In this document: piece by piece, positions 1 to 12,599 of the stretch
How positions within the stretch are numbered: position 1 is the stretch's first letter
Layout: each line of letters begins with the position of its first letter
DNA from: Dicyema japonicum
Taxonomy: Eukaryota; Animalia; Dicyemida
NCBI GenBank assembly: GCA_011109175.1
Contig: RDEW01000054.1
Location: 61,382 to 125,381 of the forward strand
Direction: 5' to 3'
DNA length: 64,000 nucleotides
Notes under the pieces: generated by a model
The model's input: only the letters and a program-made list of their open reading frames with translations
Told to the model about the DNA's origin: nothing
The model's database searches: none
Position numbers and translations under genes: made by a program

Positions 1-59
1 GTTCAAAAAGAAGACGAATTATTTTTTAAATCCAAGGATCACCAGGTAATCTCGCCCTC

Positions 60-970
60 CTTAAGCTGTCCCATCCTTTCTCGGTGTTCCTCTGTTTCTT
101 GCAACGCCAATCTCACGGTGATTTAGAGTGAAAAGTGGAACAAGTTGTTTCTAGTACATAAACCTATTAGCGCTAAAAAAGTATTAAATCGAGCATTTAT
201 AGGAATAATTGCTTAAGCGTACTATAACTGCTTAGGGGATACTATAATGCACCAGTACTATGAAAGAGATCATCACTTTAACCCCGACCATATCTCTTCC
301 ACACTACCCACACCCTGGAAGTATCCGACCTGTGGATGGATGGGATGACGTCAGAAAAGGATAAGAATATCTCTGCTGTGGGCGTATACTTGATAATGGG
401 CTCAAAGCTTCCCATAGAGATCTCATGATTGAGTTCATCCTCTCAAAATCAAGGAACCGACAAAGATTCATACATGTAAGGTGAGTAGTTCTGGAGTGAG
501 TCTTCTTAAAACCATGTTAAAAGGATACGTCCGGAGGTAAGGTGATCGAGAATAATTTTTAAATAGGGACACAGAAGAGATATGTAAAAGAGGCCGATGA
601 GTTTTTCGGTAGTCCAGGTTTTAAGATTGATCGTATATCGGATAATTTCCATAAAAGTGGAGTTACTGCCGATTAAGAGGTTGAAAATTTGGGTGAGGGC
701 CATGATACCATAGGGGCCTATTTTCTTCAATAGTATTAGGGGATGACATTTGGACCTCTGGGATAGTGTTGAATCCCCTTTCCACACGTCATCCGAAAAA
801 GATTTGTAGTTGCCTTTAGGTTTGATAAAGAAATGGAAGACCCTCAATTTTCTGGTGAGGGATAATAACCACTGTAGAGAATAAACCTTCGTGATCTTGT
901 TTAAAAAGCTCTTGTTCTCCAAGTCTTCGCAAGTAGTTTCTGATCTCTCCAAGGCACAAATTTTCAACCT
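60..970 (-). mobile_element. Decayed I/Jockey-group LINE (RT region and 3' part)
   Basis: ORF 506-967 has KIGPYGIMALTQIFN and ISLLCP, homologous to the RT N-terminal region of the better-preserved copy at 27173-28030; frameshifted. Boundaries approximate. Confidence 0.7.
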
Positions 971-1134
971 GGTTTCCCAGGATTGAATCTGTAGACTTTT
1001 TAAGCAATTTGATTTCTCCGTAAATAAATCGGTTGCGTAAGAAGGCTTTTCGTGAAATGGATTGACTTCATTTTGAAAAAAGTCCTCACACCCTCACTCA
1101 CTATGCTATTGCAGTACATAACGCATTATCGAGG

Positions 1135-1560
1135 GAATTTTTATTTATTTCATTAATCCTGAAATCACAAGAAGATAAAAGTTATCGTCTAATTACGTGA
1201 TCCCGCTGTCCATACCACTCTTTTCCTGGGGTTAGATTTGGAGTCCTGGATTAATCTCCACAGCGGGAAAGGTTTCTTCTCATATCTCGGGCAGGCCTCC
1301 ATATATAGTCTGATGTGCGGCCCGAGGGGGTGGTCAGGGGACTATGCCATCTTGAAGAAGTTCCGTAAGGTATTCCATGATTGGGGGGACGTTTAATGTT
1401 CTCACTAGTAACGAAGTGGATGTCTTTTTCGACGGTGTCAATAGTATTCTGAGACATCGATTTTTTAAAACTTCCAGCTTCTCTGTGCCAATAGTGATAA
1501 GGGGGCAATCCATGCAGCACAGACATACTCGATAATAGGTAGAACAAATTGTTTGCATAG
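1135..1560 (-). mobile_element. 3' end of an I/Jockey-group LINE
   Basis: A minus frame reads LCKQFVLPIIEYVCAAW (post-RT motif); ends GAC AGC GGG ATC ACG TAA (DSGIT*) at 1193-1210, followed by an AATAAATAAAAA tail. Confidence 0.65.
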
Positions 1561-1562
1561 AA

Positions 1563-2100
1563 CAGTGGTTCTCAACACGGCCCCCCGGGATTTTTTTGCA
1601 GTCCCGACAAATTTTTTTTAATTTTCCTATTATATTTTATTCACTTGTTGAAATATTATTTTTTAATGTTAGTGTGCGTAAACAATCACGGACTATAGTA
1701 CGGGAAATCAGAGGATTCAAATATGAATGAGAAGTTCTTTATGATTAAAATACATGGCAAAGTACATTGTTTAAAATGTCACGCAACGATGAAATCGTTA
1801 AATACCTACTCCGTCAAAAGACATTATCAACAGCACGAATCATTTTACGATTGTTATCAAGGCGATTCTAGAAAAACAAAAAGTCATTTTGTTAAAATCT
1901 TAATATTTCAAACAATCTTCATTTTATAATGTGGTGCCTCTTCCAGAGTTACAAATATGGCTTCAACAAGAATTAGTCATCTTATTGCAAAGCATATGAA
2001 GCCATATACTGATGGCGGAATTCTGAAGGAGGCTATTACAATATTTGCCCAAGTTCACAAAGTATCCTTGACATATTCTATTGTACCAGCTTTTAAAGAG
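1563..2100 (+). mobile_element. hAT (Buster/SPIN-like) transposon, left end and N-terminal transposase remnant
   Basis: Starts CAGTGGTTCTCAAC (Buster/Charlie-type TIR), preceded by the 8-mer GCATAGAA with central TA; ORF 1723-1929 HCLKCHATMKSLNTYSVKRHYQQH (BED-like finger), then ASTRISHLIAKHMKPYTDGGILKEA. Confidence 0.75.
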
Positions 2101-2149
2101 CTAATTGATTAATGGTGTATGAATTTACTTTTGATTTCTTTTTTATATT

Positions 2150-3300
2150 AATTAAGTTTAAAAAACATTGGCGGATTCTACAAATACAATTATTTATTGA
2201 TTTGCCCCTGGGTCAAAATTCTTGGTATAGAGACTCTAACGATGGGTGGGAAGATACTGGAGAATGAGTGAAAGCCTTGAGAATTCCAATTTTCTTTTGG
2301 ATCCTCGCTGTTACTAGGTCCACTTGATGAGTAAATGTGAAGAGGGATCCAGGATGATTCCAAGGATTGAAAAAGTCCTCTTAATGGGAAGCGGGAAGTC
2401 ATACAAGTTTATCGATGTGTTGCCCATATTTCTTTACGTGCTGAGGTAAACGTCATTACATGTGACAACCTTTGCACAGGTTGATATGATAGATTCCACA
2501 TGGGCTGAAAAGCAGAGAAAAATCAAAAGTTACTCCCAGCATCTTCTGCGATTTCTTTTGTGGTATAGGTACTCCATTTAACGTGACATCAATTGTTTGC
2601 GTTCCCATTGTTTCTATTCTTAGTAAATAGAGTGACTGCTGACTTTTCGGAACATGCATTTAATCGTGTTTTATCCGATTGTGGTCGAGACAACTGGAGG
2701 AATAAGTAGAAAATCGCTTCGCTTTTAAAATGTCTCGGCTTGTGAATCCGCCTCGAATGAATTTGATCAATGTTTGCAAGTATGTAGACGTGGATCTCTC
2801 ATTTTTGAATACATATTGAAAAGTCTTTTCTGGTAAAAATTTTTTTATTCTCCCAAGCACAAGCCTCTCCAGAATTTTTGACATTGAACATAGCAGTTAC
2901 ACCGGTCTAAAAGACGCTGGGTCACCTCTCGGTCTTCCTGGTTTCAGTACTGACCGTTTTAAAGCCTGTTTCCATAATAACGGTATCACATTCTGATTGA
3001 TTGAATAGTTGAAAATCGACATTAGGAAAGTGACTTTTCCGTCCCCAAAATTTTTTAATAAGATAACGGAAATGTTGTCTGGTCCGTGGGAGTATGTCGT
3101 TTTTACGGAATGTATTGTATCCCTCACCTCTCTCAGAAAAGAAGAGTGGTTCTGATATTTTCTTTAGTTTCCTGCGTGATGGTAGTGTATCAGACTTCAT
3201 GTGCTCTTTGTGTGAAATTTTAGTATAGAATTTTATTAAGTTGTTCACATCACTTTGAACATAGTCCTCAGTGAGCATCCAGTTGTATTCATCGTTGACA
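2150..3300 (-). mobile_element. Decayed I/Jockey-group LINE (RT)
   Basis: Fragments HGPDNISVILLKN, LKPGRPRGDPASFRPV, SKILERLVLGRIK and KMLGVTFDFSLLF in several frames. Confidence 0.8.
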
Positions 3301-3349
3301 AAATAAAATCATTTCAAATCAATAAGATCTATTTGAGACCTTTCTTTTG

Positions 3350-4153
3350 GTTTTAACGCTATGATATGATGTCCTTCATCATTTTTCGATTAAAATATTA
3401 CCAAAAAACAAACTTTTAAAGGAGTAGAAAACTTACAGATTTCACAGGAATTAATTACTATGCGGATAACACTTTTTTTAATGTGGAAGTAGTGTTTATT
3501 GCAGAGATCCTCCATTTTATTCATTCCAAGATGATTCTGGTTATAAAAAAAAGATTAAAGAAAAAATCGAGTCATAGCTACATAAGAAAACTTAATGCTA
3601 AGAAGAGAATTTTGCACCAGACTTTCTACAAATAACAGAAGAATTTTGTATTTAGATTAAAGAGGATTTAATTTCCACACATCAATAAATTACGAATATT
3701 CACCCGTAAATGCTGATCCTATTTTATTACAGCCATCCTCAAAAGTGAAAAATATGTCATTATGTTCAATTGTGTCAAGAGAAGGTATATAGTATGAAGA
3801 AATTATAAACGGTGAATATAATTCTGAGTTGTTCCTCAGATATAAAAAATCTCGGTTTGTTTAACAATAATCTAACATTGATTTTGGATAATTGCTCAAT
3901 TCACCGAACGAAGACAGCGAAAGATATATTAAATAATTCAGGAGCAGAAATAATCTCTTTACATCCTTATTCTCCGGACTTAAATCCAATTGAGACTTTA
4001 TTTTCAGAGATAAAATCAGATTTGAATAATATCAGGCCTTGTGCACAAACAAGAATTGAATTAAAAAATAACCTAATGGCTGTTTTGAATAATATAAAAA
4101 AATTTAATCAATTTTTACTCACATATGTGGGATACCGTATATTCAACACTTAA
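3350..4153 (+). mobile_element. Tc1/IS630-family DDE transposase remnant
   Basis: ORF 3812-4153: LILDNCSIHRT...LHPYSPDLNPIETLFSEIK (second D and E motifs). Confidence 0.75.
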
Positions 4154-4366
4154 TTCAAACAATGATAGTTAGTTTCATTACATTCGTTCATTACTTTTTG
4201 ATAAAAATTTCTAGTTTCATTACTTTTTATTTTTTAAATAGATTTCTGACATATACCACTATCAAAAATTTAATTTTTATATTAATTAATACATTTTTTA
4301 TATTTGTTAATAATTTTTATATTAATACATTTTTATATATCTTAATTTTTTAAAATAATAATAACA

Positions 4367-4589
4367 GCCTTTTTCACGGAGCCGTGGTATTAGCTACGCA
4401 TAGGCAGGACACAAACTTTATTTAAGTAGAGAACAGTTATTTTTAACTAATCGTAGAACCGATGAATGATCTTCACTTCTATTTTCTTTTTCTTGTGTGT
4501 GGGTCCTTTCTAGACAATCCAGTTCCGCAGTGAGAGTCCACTGATGACGGGGTCGATCGTCAAGAACAAAAGTGGAAGAAAAATGGCCA
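4367..4589. repeat. Dispersed ~200-nt hairpin-rich repeat, copy A (SINE-like or ncRNA candidate)
   Basis: Aligns with 23207-23400, 31269-31448 and 40905-41085 (shared GGCAGGAC, AAGTARAGAACAGTTA, ATCGTAGA, TTCACTTC, GTCCTTT.TAGAC, GATG); no convincing ORF. Confidence 0.6.
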
Positions 4590-4590
4590 N

Positions 4591-4700
4591 GGATACTGAG
4601 TTAAAAGCCCTTATTTACATCTACCGAGACCAGCACGGTTCTCTCGTGTGGATTTGAGGTATTCAGGCCGTCCGAATCTTGGGAATTGTAGTAGTTTGGG
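4591..4700 (-). mobile_element. Short LINE RT fragment
   Basis: Reads DGLNTSNPHERTVLVSVDVNK and then a frameshifted AFNSV; joined to copy A across an N at 4590. Confidence 0.5.
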
Positions 4701-4786
4701 TCAAACCAATTAATTCATTTTTATTAATTATTTAAAATAAATCATTTTTAATAATATTTTTTTAAATTAAAAAAGTTCAATTTCTT

Positions 4787-5040
4787 ATGAGGTTTACTTT
4801 TAGGAGCAAAATTTTAACCAATATCTTATCTAGATGGCCTGGACAAGAAAGATACGGATTTTATTCATTTTTACCAGTGTTTTTCTTTGCAGGGGCTTTC
4901 ATGGAATTGACTATGATAAAAATTAAAATAAACCAAGTCAATTTTTGTTTGCCACAAATTTTACTTTAGACGAAGTCTTTAAGAAGAATCAGGCTCTAAA
5001 AATTGCGTCACAAATTGCAAAAACTGAAAAATCGAAATAA
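4787..5040 (+). CDS. SMIM4: SMIM4/UQCC5-like complex III assembly factor (2 exons)
   Basis: WPGQERYGFYSFLPVFFFAGAFMELTMIKIKINQVNF|YEVF matches the remembered SMIM4 motif (PGKQRFGIYRFLPFFFVLGGTMEWIMIKVRVGQETFYDVY); the 23-nt GT-AG intron 4947-4969 keeps frame to TAA at 5038-5040. Confidence 0.75.
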
Positions 5041-5129
5041 AAATACTTAACATTATTAATTAATTTTTTAAATAAAATTTTATTTGTGCCTCAAGTTTTA
5101 GTGAAAATTAGGTTTGGATTTAATTATTT

Positions 5130-6360
5130 TTTTTCAAAAGAGGATGAAAGATCGTCCGAGGTGGATCACAGCCAAAAGGATTTAAACAACCTAATAAAAT
5201 ACTATGTGAAAAAATCCCATAAAGACCATAAGAAGTCGGATGTATTCCCGAAATATCTCAGTAAACCGAAAAAGGAACCGGATACGATTCACTTCACTGT
5301 AAACGACGTGAAATATGCATTGAAATTCATTAAAACAACCAATTCTAATGGACCGGATAAGATCCTCCTAAAGAATCTATGGAATCGTTGCATTAACGAG
5401 GATATTCAACCACTCCATTAACAAAAATTATATTCCAGCCTTATGGAAGCTTGCCCACCTACGTCCAATTTTGAAACCCAGTAAAGTGATAAAGGACCCA
5501 GCTTCATACAGACTGGTCGCGTTATTGTGTTCGATCTCCAAAATTCTAAAAAGGCTGGTTCTTGCGAAAATCAAAAATTTCTTCTTGGACATGTCATTTC
5601 AACATAGTTTTAAAAAAGAGAGGTCTACTTCGACCCAATTATCTGAATTGACTAACTTTATACGATATGGTTTCTCGAACAGGTCGGGACATATGAAGAA
5701 TGTACTTTGCTCCATAGACGTCCATAAAGTTTCGACTCTGTGTCAAGGAGGATTCTTACTTGGAAAATTTACCAAACAAAGATCCCTGGAAAGCTCAAAC
5801 TCTGGCTAGCTAACTTCCTTAGTGGTCGGAAGGGACGCATCTGCATTCCCAAGGATCCCCTTTGTCTCCAGTTTTATTCAACCTATTCATGGCGAACCTC
5901 CCCACTCCAGACTCCGAAAATGACATTATTCTAACTTATGCCGACGACATCGTAATTGCGTCACGCCATCAGGACATCCAAATTGCCACTTCGAAATTGC
6001 AAGAAATCTTAGACTGTCTTGACGAATGGCTATCGAAGAATCGCCTAACTGCCAGCAGTGAAAAGTCCGTCACAACCCTGTTTACTTCAGACAAGAGACT
6101 GGGAAGACGGACGGTCGAACTAAAAGCAAACAATGAAGCTATTCCTTTCAGAAAATCCCAAAGGATCCTTGGGGTGACTTTTGACATGCGTATGTCATTC
6201 TCTCCTCATGGTGAAAACGTAATTACGAAATGCAAAAACGAACTAAGAAATGCCTCACAGGCTTATGGAAGATCGAATAGCATTCTGTTTTGAGCACTGT
6301 ATATAATAATTCATTGAACCATGCATCTCTTATGCATGTGGTATATGGGGGCCCACTCAT
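5130..6360 (+). mobile_element. Decayed I/Jockey-group LINE (RT)
   Basis: NGPDKI, DPASYRLVALLCSISKILKRL, QHSFKKERST, SPVLFNLFM, YADD and ILGVTFD across frameshifted ORFs 5086-6293. Confidence 0.85.
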
Positions 6361-6384
6361 CTCTTAGACGAATGTCTTTAAGTC

Positions 6385-6560
6385 AAGAGTACAGAATTAT
6401 TCAAATTCACGGAAGACCCAAAAATTCCCAGAGTCAAGGGATTTTTGAAAGATTCAACCAGGCGGAGTTTATCGAAAATGATGGTTTCGGATGACAAGAG
6501 TGAATAAAACAAATTCGAAAGGCTGTTTTTTGTACAATCAAACGCCTCACTCATCCACAG
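6385..6560 (+). mobile_element. KRBA2/SCAND3-type (Ginger-like) integrase remnant
   Basis: IIQIHGRPKNSQSQGIFERFNQ resembles the remembered HGKPRHSQSQGSVERANQ integrase-core motif. Confidence 0.5.
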
Positions 6561-7177
6561 GTAAATTTGTGCTTTTATTTTTTGTATGTGTTAGAGATAT
6601 CGAGGGATTCTGGGCTATTCTGGCTTTTGCATGTGTTAGAGATATCGACGGATGCTGGGCTACAAAACCATTGTTAAAAATACTGTAACAGAGACAGACG
6701 GTGAAGAAAACCTGGAAAGTGTAGATAATTTTGCTGAATTAACAGAGCCAGAAGGTAAAGACAGCATATAGTAAAGGTTTTTTGTTCATTATTTTACAAA
6801 AGGTACAAATTTGATTTTCCTCGGGTAGACTTGAATTATAAAAAATGAATAAAATATAAGAGTGCATCGATCGAAATATGGATTTAACATTGGAGATAGT
6901 GTATTCAATTTATAGTTACTTAAAAAGTTCGTATTCAGAAAGACTATGGAACTGATCCTTCACTACGTCTGCAAAGGTTTGAGTATCCCTACGGATCTGA
7001 TGTCACTATTGTTGCTAAATTGCCGCACAATTGTCAATGTTAAAGATATTGAGGGAATTGTGAAGAAGGTGCATTCTAAACGCCTTAAAAAGATAATTAT
7101 CAATAATTAGTTAATTCGCTTTGAAATAATTGATTATTTTATATTTTGACATTGATTTCAGATGTCAAAGCAAATTA

Positions 7178-7351
7178 CAGTCCGACCCAGAATTGGGGCA
7201 GACCACAGGGGTGGGGCACCCTCGGATTTTGGTGGCATTTTTTTGGCCAACATTTTGGCAGAGTAAAATGGAAAATCGATAAAAATATGGAAATTTTGGG
7301 GCACTATAAAATTGTGGGGAATGAAATTATAAGTAAATAAAATTATATTTT
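7178..7351 (+). mobile_element. Solo left end of the pogo/Tigger-like element
   Basis: TA|CAGTCCGACCCAGAATTGGGGCAGACC... is nearly identical to the left end of the full element at 34422. Confidence 0.8.
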
Positions 7352-8359
7352 ACACAACATTATATAGTTTTTTTGTCACCGAGTGCTTTGTATAATATGA
7401 CCTTTAAAACAAATTTTCTTTCCTCCTTTGTTAGTTGATATTATCTCCATTTTGTCACTTATTTTTGCAGCAAGCATAATATTTAAGAAAAAAATGTTAG
7501 AAATTAAAAGTTGCTATTAATGCTATTTAAACACGATATAAATTAAAAAGACGACTTGACTTTTTTTCCGCACACCATATTACGACCATGGTGTCTCATA
7601 TTCGACTACGCGGTAAGAAAGCTATTTCAGAGCTGGGGTTTTATTGGGGCGGGGTTGTACTGTATTATCTACTGGGAAACAATTTCGCTCTTTGGTGATG
7701 AGTTCTCAGCTTCTATGACAAAGTCCTCTGGATCACTGTGCTTGGGCGAGGGATTTGTTGGAACGCGTCAGGACCAAGAAATTGTTAGTTTGGTTTTACC
7801 ATTTGTCTTTGGAATAATTTAATAGACCCATTAAAATTGAATTATTGGAAATAAATTAACACGAGTGTTTTGAATTAATTGAAGATAGGATTAATTCAAA
7901 TAGATGATCTTCCAATTCTGGGATAAACGTGATTCGATCCATGATCTAATGTGCACGCTAAACTTCATTCCTTCATATCTTTGGGTTTTCGGTGGATTTT
8001 CATTTCGATGTCTCCAATGAGGACCAGAAGAGATTCCATTACGTGAGATAATAAGGTTAAGAGAGAAAATTTTTCCAGATTGGTAAGTTACACATTTGGT
8101 ACACCAGAACAAGTAAAGAGCGCTCAAAAACTCAAGGAGGAAAGCTAATGAGGGAATTAAAAGATCTAAACGAATCCTCGTTACCACAGCAAGCACTACC
8201 GAGCAGGTTGACCTCAAAATGACTAAATTAAACATTATTAGTACAAAACACATATAAAAATACAAAATCCAAAAGATTCTAAGTTTGAATCTCTCTGATG
8301 TCCATTCCGTTGAAGATTCCACTCATACACGATACTTTTTGGTTTGACAAATGACACCG

Positions 8360-8480
8360 TAGTCATTGATTCATCACTGCGGGACCGGATTGTCTTCGAG
8401 AATTTGCACGCAGCCCAAAAGAAGTTATGAAAACACTCATCCTGGTTTGGCTACAATCCAGATTAATTATCATAACTGTC
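8360..8480 (+). mobile_element. Possible Ty3/gypsy integrase zinc-binding remnant
   Basis: VVIDSSLRDRIVFENLHAAQ resembles the VIP.SLR..IL..LH..H motif; very short and decayed. Confidence 0.3.
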
Positions 8481-8555
8481 CTTTATTTCAAAATAAAGTG
8501 AAATTCCTGTAAAACTGAGGTTCAAGTCATGAAAACAAATATAAATATGTACGAA

Positions 8556-8674
8556 AAGCCATGGTTATGACTAAGACAAAAGATTGGAATAGCCATACTC
8601 CGAGGGCACTCGTTCGCAATCCACGCAGCAGGCTTCCTCAACTGACATTTGTTTAATTGTTAAAAAAATTAAAA
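8556..8674 (+). mobile_element. 5'-truncated CRE-like LINE 3' end with target-site duplication
   Basis: LRQKIGIAILRGHSFAIHAAGFLN*, with the same 3' end as 24285 and 42620/42790; flanked by the direct repeat AAATATGTACGAA (8543-8555 and 8675-8687), immediately beyond the LAGE3 stop codon. Confidence 0.7.
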
Positions 8675-8690
8675 AAATATGTACGAAGCC

Positions 8691-8981
8691 TTAGTCAACT
8701 TTGAATTTATCAATAGTTTTACTAACAATATCCAGGTGGTCTAAAATTCCATTCAGGGTTAATCTTTGGGCATTAATATCAACTGATTTGATGTTTATTA
8801 TTAGAAAATTCTCCTCAACGTGCAATTCCTTAGTAGATCCAGATCTTTTCGGCTCCTTTTCTACAACCATGCTGTTATAGGCGATTGTGGCGTCCTTTAG
8901 GCATTTAAATGGGATTTTTATGGATCTAATAGGCAATTATTAAAAACAATACGCTGAAGGCACATCAGACAATTCAAACAT
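8691..8981 (-). CDS. LAGE3: EKC/KEOPS complex subunit LAGE3/Pcc1 (2 exons)
   Basis: MFELSDVPSA|SIKIPFKCLKDATIAYNSMVVEKEPKRSGSTKELHVEENFLII fits the Pcc1 pattern (IPF...A.IA..SL..D.EP); the 27-nt GT-AG intron 8926-8952 keeps frame. Confidence 0.8.
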
Positions 8982-9030
8982 ATTTAAAAATTAATTAATT
9001 TAATTTGTAATATAATAACGAGTAAATTAA

Positions 9031-12000
9031 CTAATTAAGCGTATCTTGATCCAGATTGTTGGTAACCCCTCTTCTAAGAGAAGAAGAGGGTGCCATAACC
9101 TCCCTGTTACTCCGCATCTCCACATCAGATTCAGTCAAAATATCTCCGTTAGAGTCCAGTGGGCTGTCCTCACGGCATGCCAGTTCCACAAGTTGGGAGG
9201 TAGCAGAGGCGTACTCTTCATCGTATACCTTCATCCCATGCTTATGTTCAATGGGCATACTTTCGAGCGTTCTCTTCAGCACAACCGCTTGGATGTAAGT
9301 CCTCGTTGATTCTTCAATAGATAATTTATCCATATGATTCTTGAAGCATCTTGAGACAACTCCATCCCATGTCAAAACCACTGGAATAATCTTCACTTGG
9401 CATTCATAGAGCAGCGAAAGTTCATTTGCTAGCAAGTCATATTTGTGAAGTTTCTCAATTTCAACTTGCTTTAGTCGGTCTTGTGAGGTAATCCCTACTT
9501 CAATTAAAGTTACTTCCTTCTTTGTTTTGTCATAAAAAATATCAGGTTTATTGTATTGGACTTTTGTTTCTGTCAAAATCGGCGTGTCAACTCTAATTTC
9601 TACATTTTGATTCGTCAATATTTACTGAACCGAATGTCCTTTCAATTTCCTGCTTCTTTTGATTCCATAAATTCGACAAAGATGAAGATGGATGCACTTT
9701 ACCACTTCATTATGTCTTCGGAGATAATCACTATTTAGCATTTTACCACACTGAGTGGCCAAATGATCAACAGTTTTTTTGCTTTTTTACAATGGTTGCA
9801 TAATGACCCCGTGTGTGCAAAAAACAAATTCCTATTTTGCAAAAGACAGTACAATGCTTCGCTCCGTGGGCCGTTATTTCCTTTGGATAACCATTCTGAG
9901 GAAGTATATAGGTCGACATTTGTTTCATCAATACATTTGAACAAAATAGAGTGTAGTGTTCTGCAATAAATTTTATTTAATAAATATTTTTTCTGAGTGT
10001 CCTTGAGGGACTTAATATCCATGCTTTCCCTGTCGGCAATTGCATATTTAGAGGCAAGAAATCCTGCGATTGTAGGCAAGTGCCATTTTTTTGTTTTTAT
10101 TACTCGCAGAATCCCCGACCTTCGCAAACACACAGTCGACTGTTTTTCCAAACTTTTAAAAAACTGGATAAGTATTAATTCGCTCTTTAATGAAATCGAG
10201 GAAAGTCCTCTTCCAAAAGTCTTCCTGTCCAAATACAGCCTCTTTTATTTGCAGGTTTGAGGTGCAACTTGAGTGACGTAAGCAGTTGCCGTATTTGTTG
10301 GTCAATATCATCATAAGTTTCAATATTAATTAATCCTATATAATAAGATATTGCGTATTCATTTATTGCACGAAATAAGTTCACAGAATTTAACTATGTT
10401 TTTGAAAGCATGGTTATTCTCTTAACATTTTCAAGTATGGACTTCATAACTTTGCTTTTAAGAACATTACTTCCTTCGTCTTCAAAAACACCCAAATATC
10501 GATATCCACTGACTCCTTCCAGAGTCTCACAACATGATAACGATTTAAAATTAGACAGTGACTTTTCGGAATTCATCTCCAAGCCGGCAACATAAAAGAA
10601 ATCGCGAACAACTTCCATCATTTTAATAACAGTATCTTCTTTTAGCCCAAATATCTGTAGGTCATCAATGAATAACAAATGATTTGTAGAATAAGTCAGT
10701 GTATTAGGATTTTCCTGATTAATTTGGAGTCTTGGGAACATAGAGTTAAGGGTCCTGCTCAAGGGTTCCATTACCATAACAAATAGTTGAGGGGATAATG
10801 AATCTCCTTGCAGAATTCCACGTCCCAGTTTTACAGAACCAATTCTTCTTCCATCGAAGTGGAGATTTACAGTCCACTTCTTGACTATGGTCTTTACAAA
10901 GTTAACAATCCAACGGGGTATTCCTGAACAATCCAAAACATGAAATAAAAATTCATGGTCAACAGAATCAAAGGCCTTCTTCACATCCACCCAAGCAGAA
11001 TAAAGGGCGTTTCCATACTCCTTATTTAAGCATTGATTAATAAGGGCCTGTTCCTTAGCGCCCTGACAATGTTTCCTCGTTCCCAGCTGATTGTCAGATA
11101 ATAGACCAAACGAATCCACAAAATCTGAGAGTTTGGAATTAACACATTTGGTAATCAGTTTATATAAAGTTGGCATACACGTTATAGGACGTAAGTCTTT
11201 AGGAGTCTCACAATCATCTTTTTTATAAATTAAATAGGTTATTCCAGTATAAAACCAACTTTCAGGCATATATTCCCCATTAATAATTCGGTTAATCTAA
11301 GTACATAAAAAGCCATGTAAAGATTCCATTTTCTTAATAAAGAAGTTATATGACCATCGCATCCACACGCCTTCCAATCAGGGAGCCATTTAATAACATC
11401 CAGGATAAACTCATTTGTGAACTCTGGCAACATGCCTTCAATACCAGTATTTACTTTACCCACACTGTCATATGGCACGTTCATCTCTTTTCTTTTAGAC
11501 CACACTTTTTCCCAAAGCGACATACAATCCTCATCATCGAAACCATATAACGTTACTTCATTGCTTGCTGATAGGTTCCGATAAAATCTTCTTCGATTTA
11601 ATTCAAAACAACAGTTGTCCTTGCGAAAGTCCTTCCTCGCATGATGTACAGCTATTTGCTTCTTCTTAATTCTTACAAGGTCACATAGTAGAGCCTCAAT
11701 CCTGGCAACCTCCCCCTTTTTGGCCCTTTGTATCCATAGGCACAAAGAACATCCATAACCTTTTGTTTTTCATACACAGGGAGAGCTTGTCTGGAAAAGC
11801 GATTGACAAGTTCTACTTCTGCCATCAGCTTTGAGATTTTCTTTTCAGTGTTCCCCAACCACGTACTTTGCGGTTTAACCTTCGCAGTTAAAGTCATATA
11901 AGCACACTGTGCAGCATATGAATTATCAGTAATTTGATTGATATCTTGAGGCGGATTATCTTTCGTAATATAATATATTGCAGAATTTAGTCCCGACAAA

Positions 12001-12589
12001 ACATTAACTCTGACATACTTTCTCTGAATTTTGGGTGTTGGTTTTCGAGTATCCCTCGGAATTGACTTAATTTTCTCAATTTGTACTTTTATTTCCTCAA
12101 GGCAATTTCCACATTAGTATTATTTTGCACTTTGAAACATTCGCCTCCTTTTACATTGTTATTCCGATTTTCAGGTTTCAGCATCTTTTTTAGCTGACAT
12201 AGACTGGAACTCTTGGAGTACTTTCCATTGAACTTTTTAAGTACGAGGTTCCAGCCACCTCTAGGTATCCTTCCAAATCTTTGTTTCGTGGCAAGAAAAA
12301 TCTGAGATACCCACTCAGCTTCGGAGACACAGTGGACCTCTTCAATAATGACAGATAGTGAATGCAAGTTGGTTTTGGCACCAATATTCCCAACGATGTT
12401 GATATTAGTTCTTGTGACATTATCCAGCCCCACAGACGACGGTCCTGCTTCTACTATCTTCTTTATTTGATTTTGCAGGAAGGCCCATAGGATTCGATTT
12501 CTCGGTATGATTAGAAACGGACATGCACAACCCCACAACAACAAAAATTGTTTATTAAAAATAAATATTTTAACGAAACAACGAGTCAC
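9031..12589 (-). mobile_element. R4/Dong-like REL non-LTR retrotransposon, full-length but frameshifted
   Basis: Myb-like N-terminal segment (12089-12589), RT (LQGDSLSPQLF, HLLFIDD; 10394-11269), CNHC knuckle remnant, REL (NKPDIF...IEVGIT...EKLHKYD; 9031-9618); many stops and frameshifts. Confidence 0.9.
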
Positions 12590-12599
12590 AAGTAATTAA

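Noticed and set aside
1245-1275. Apparent 2A remnant (LSRCGD..NPG) on the minus strand
   Set aside because: It lies at the LINE 3' end just before GIT*, where a CCHC knuckle remnant is expected, not in front of an APE domain; the NPG is out of frame.
1500-1558. PHD-like Cys cluster MQTICSTYYRVCLCC
   Set aside because: It is an off-frame reading of the post-RT motif KQFVLPIIEYVCAAW.
4367-4589. U3 snoRNA or U5 snRNA identity for the dispersed repeat
   Set aside because: Box-like TGATGA and AGTGAG and a GCCTTTT motif occur, but spacing is wrong, no box D follows consistently and the motifs are not shared by all copies.
7556-7822. Hydrophobic ORF after an AT-rich block
   Set aside because: May be a real spliced gene, but no splice model gave a recognisable protein.
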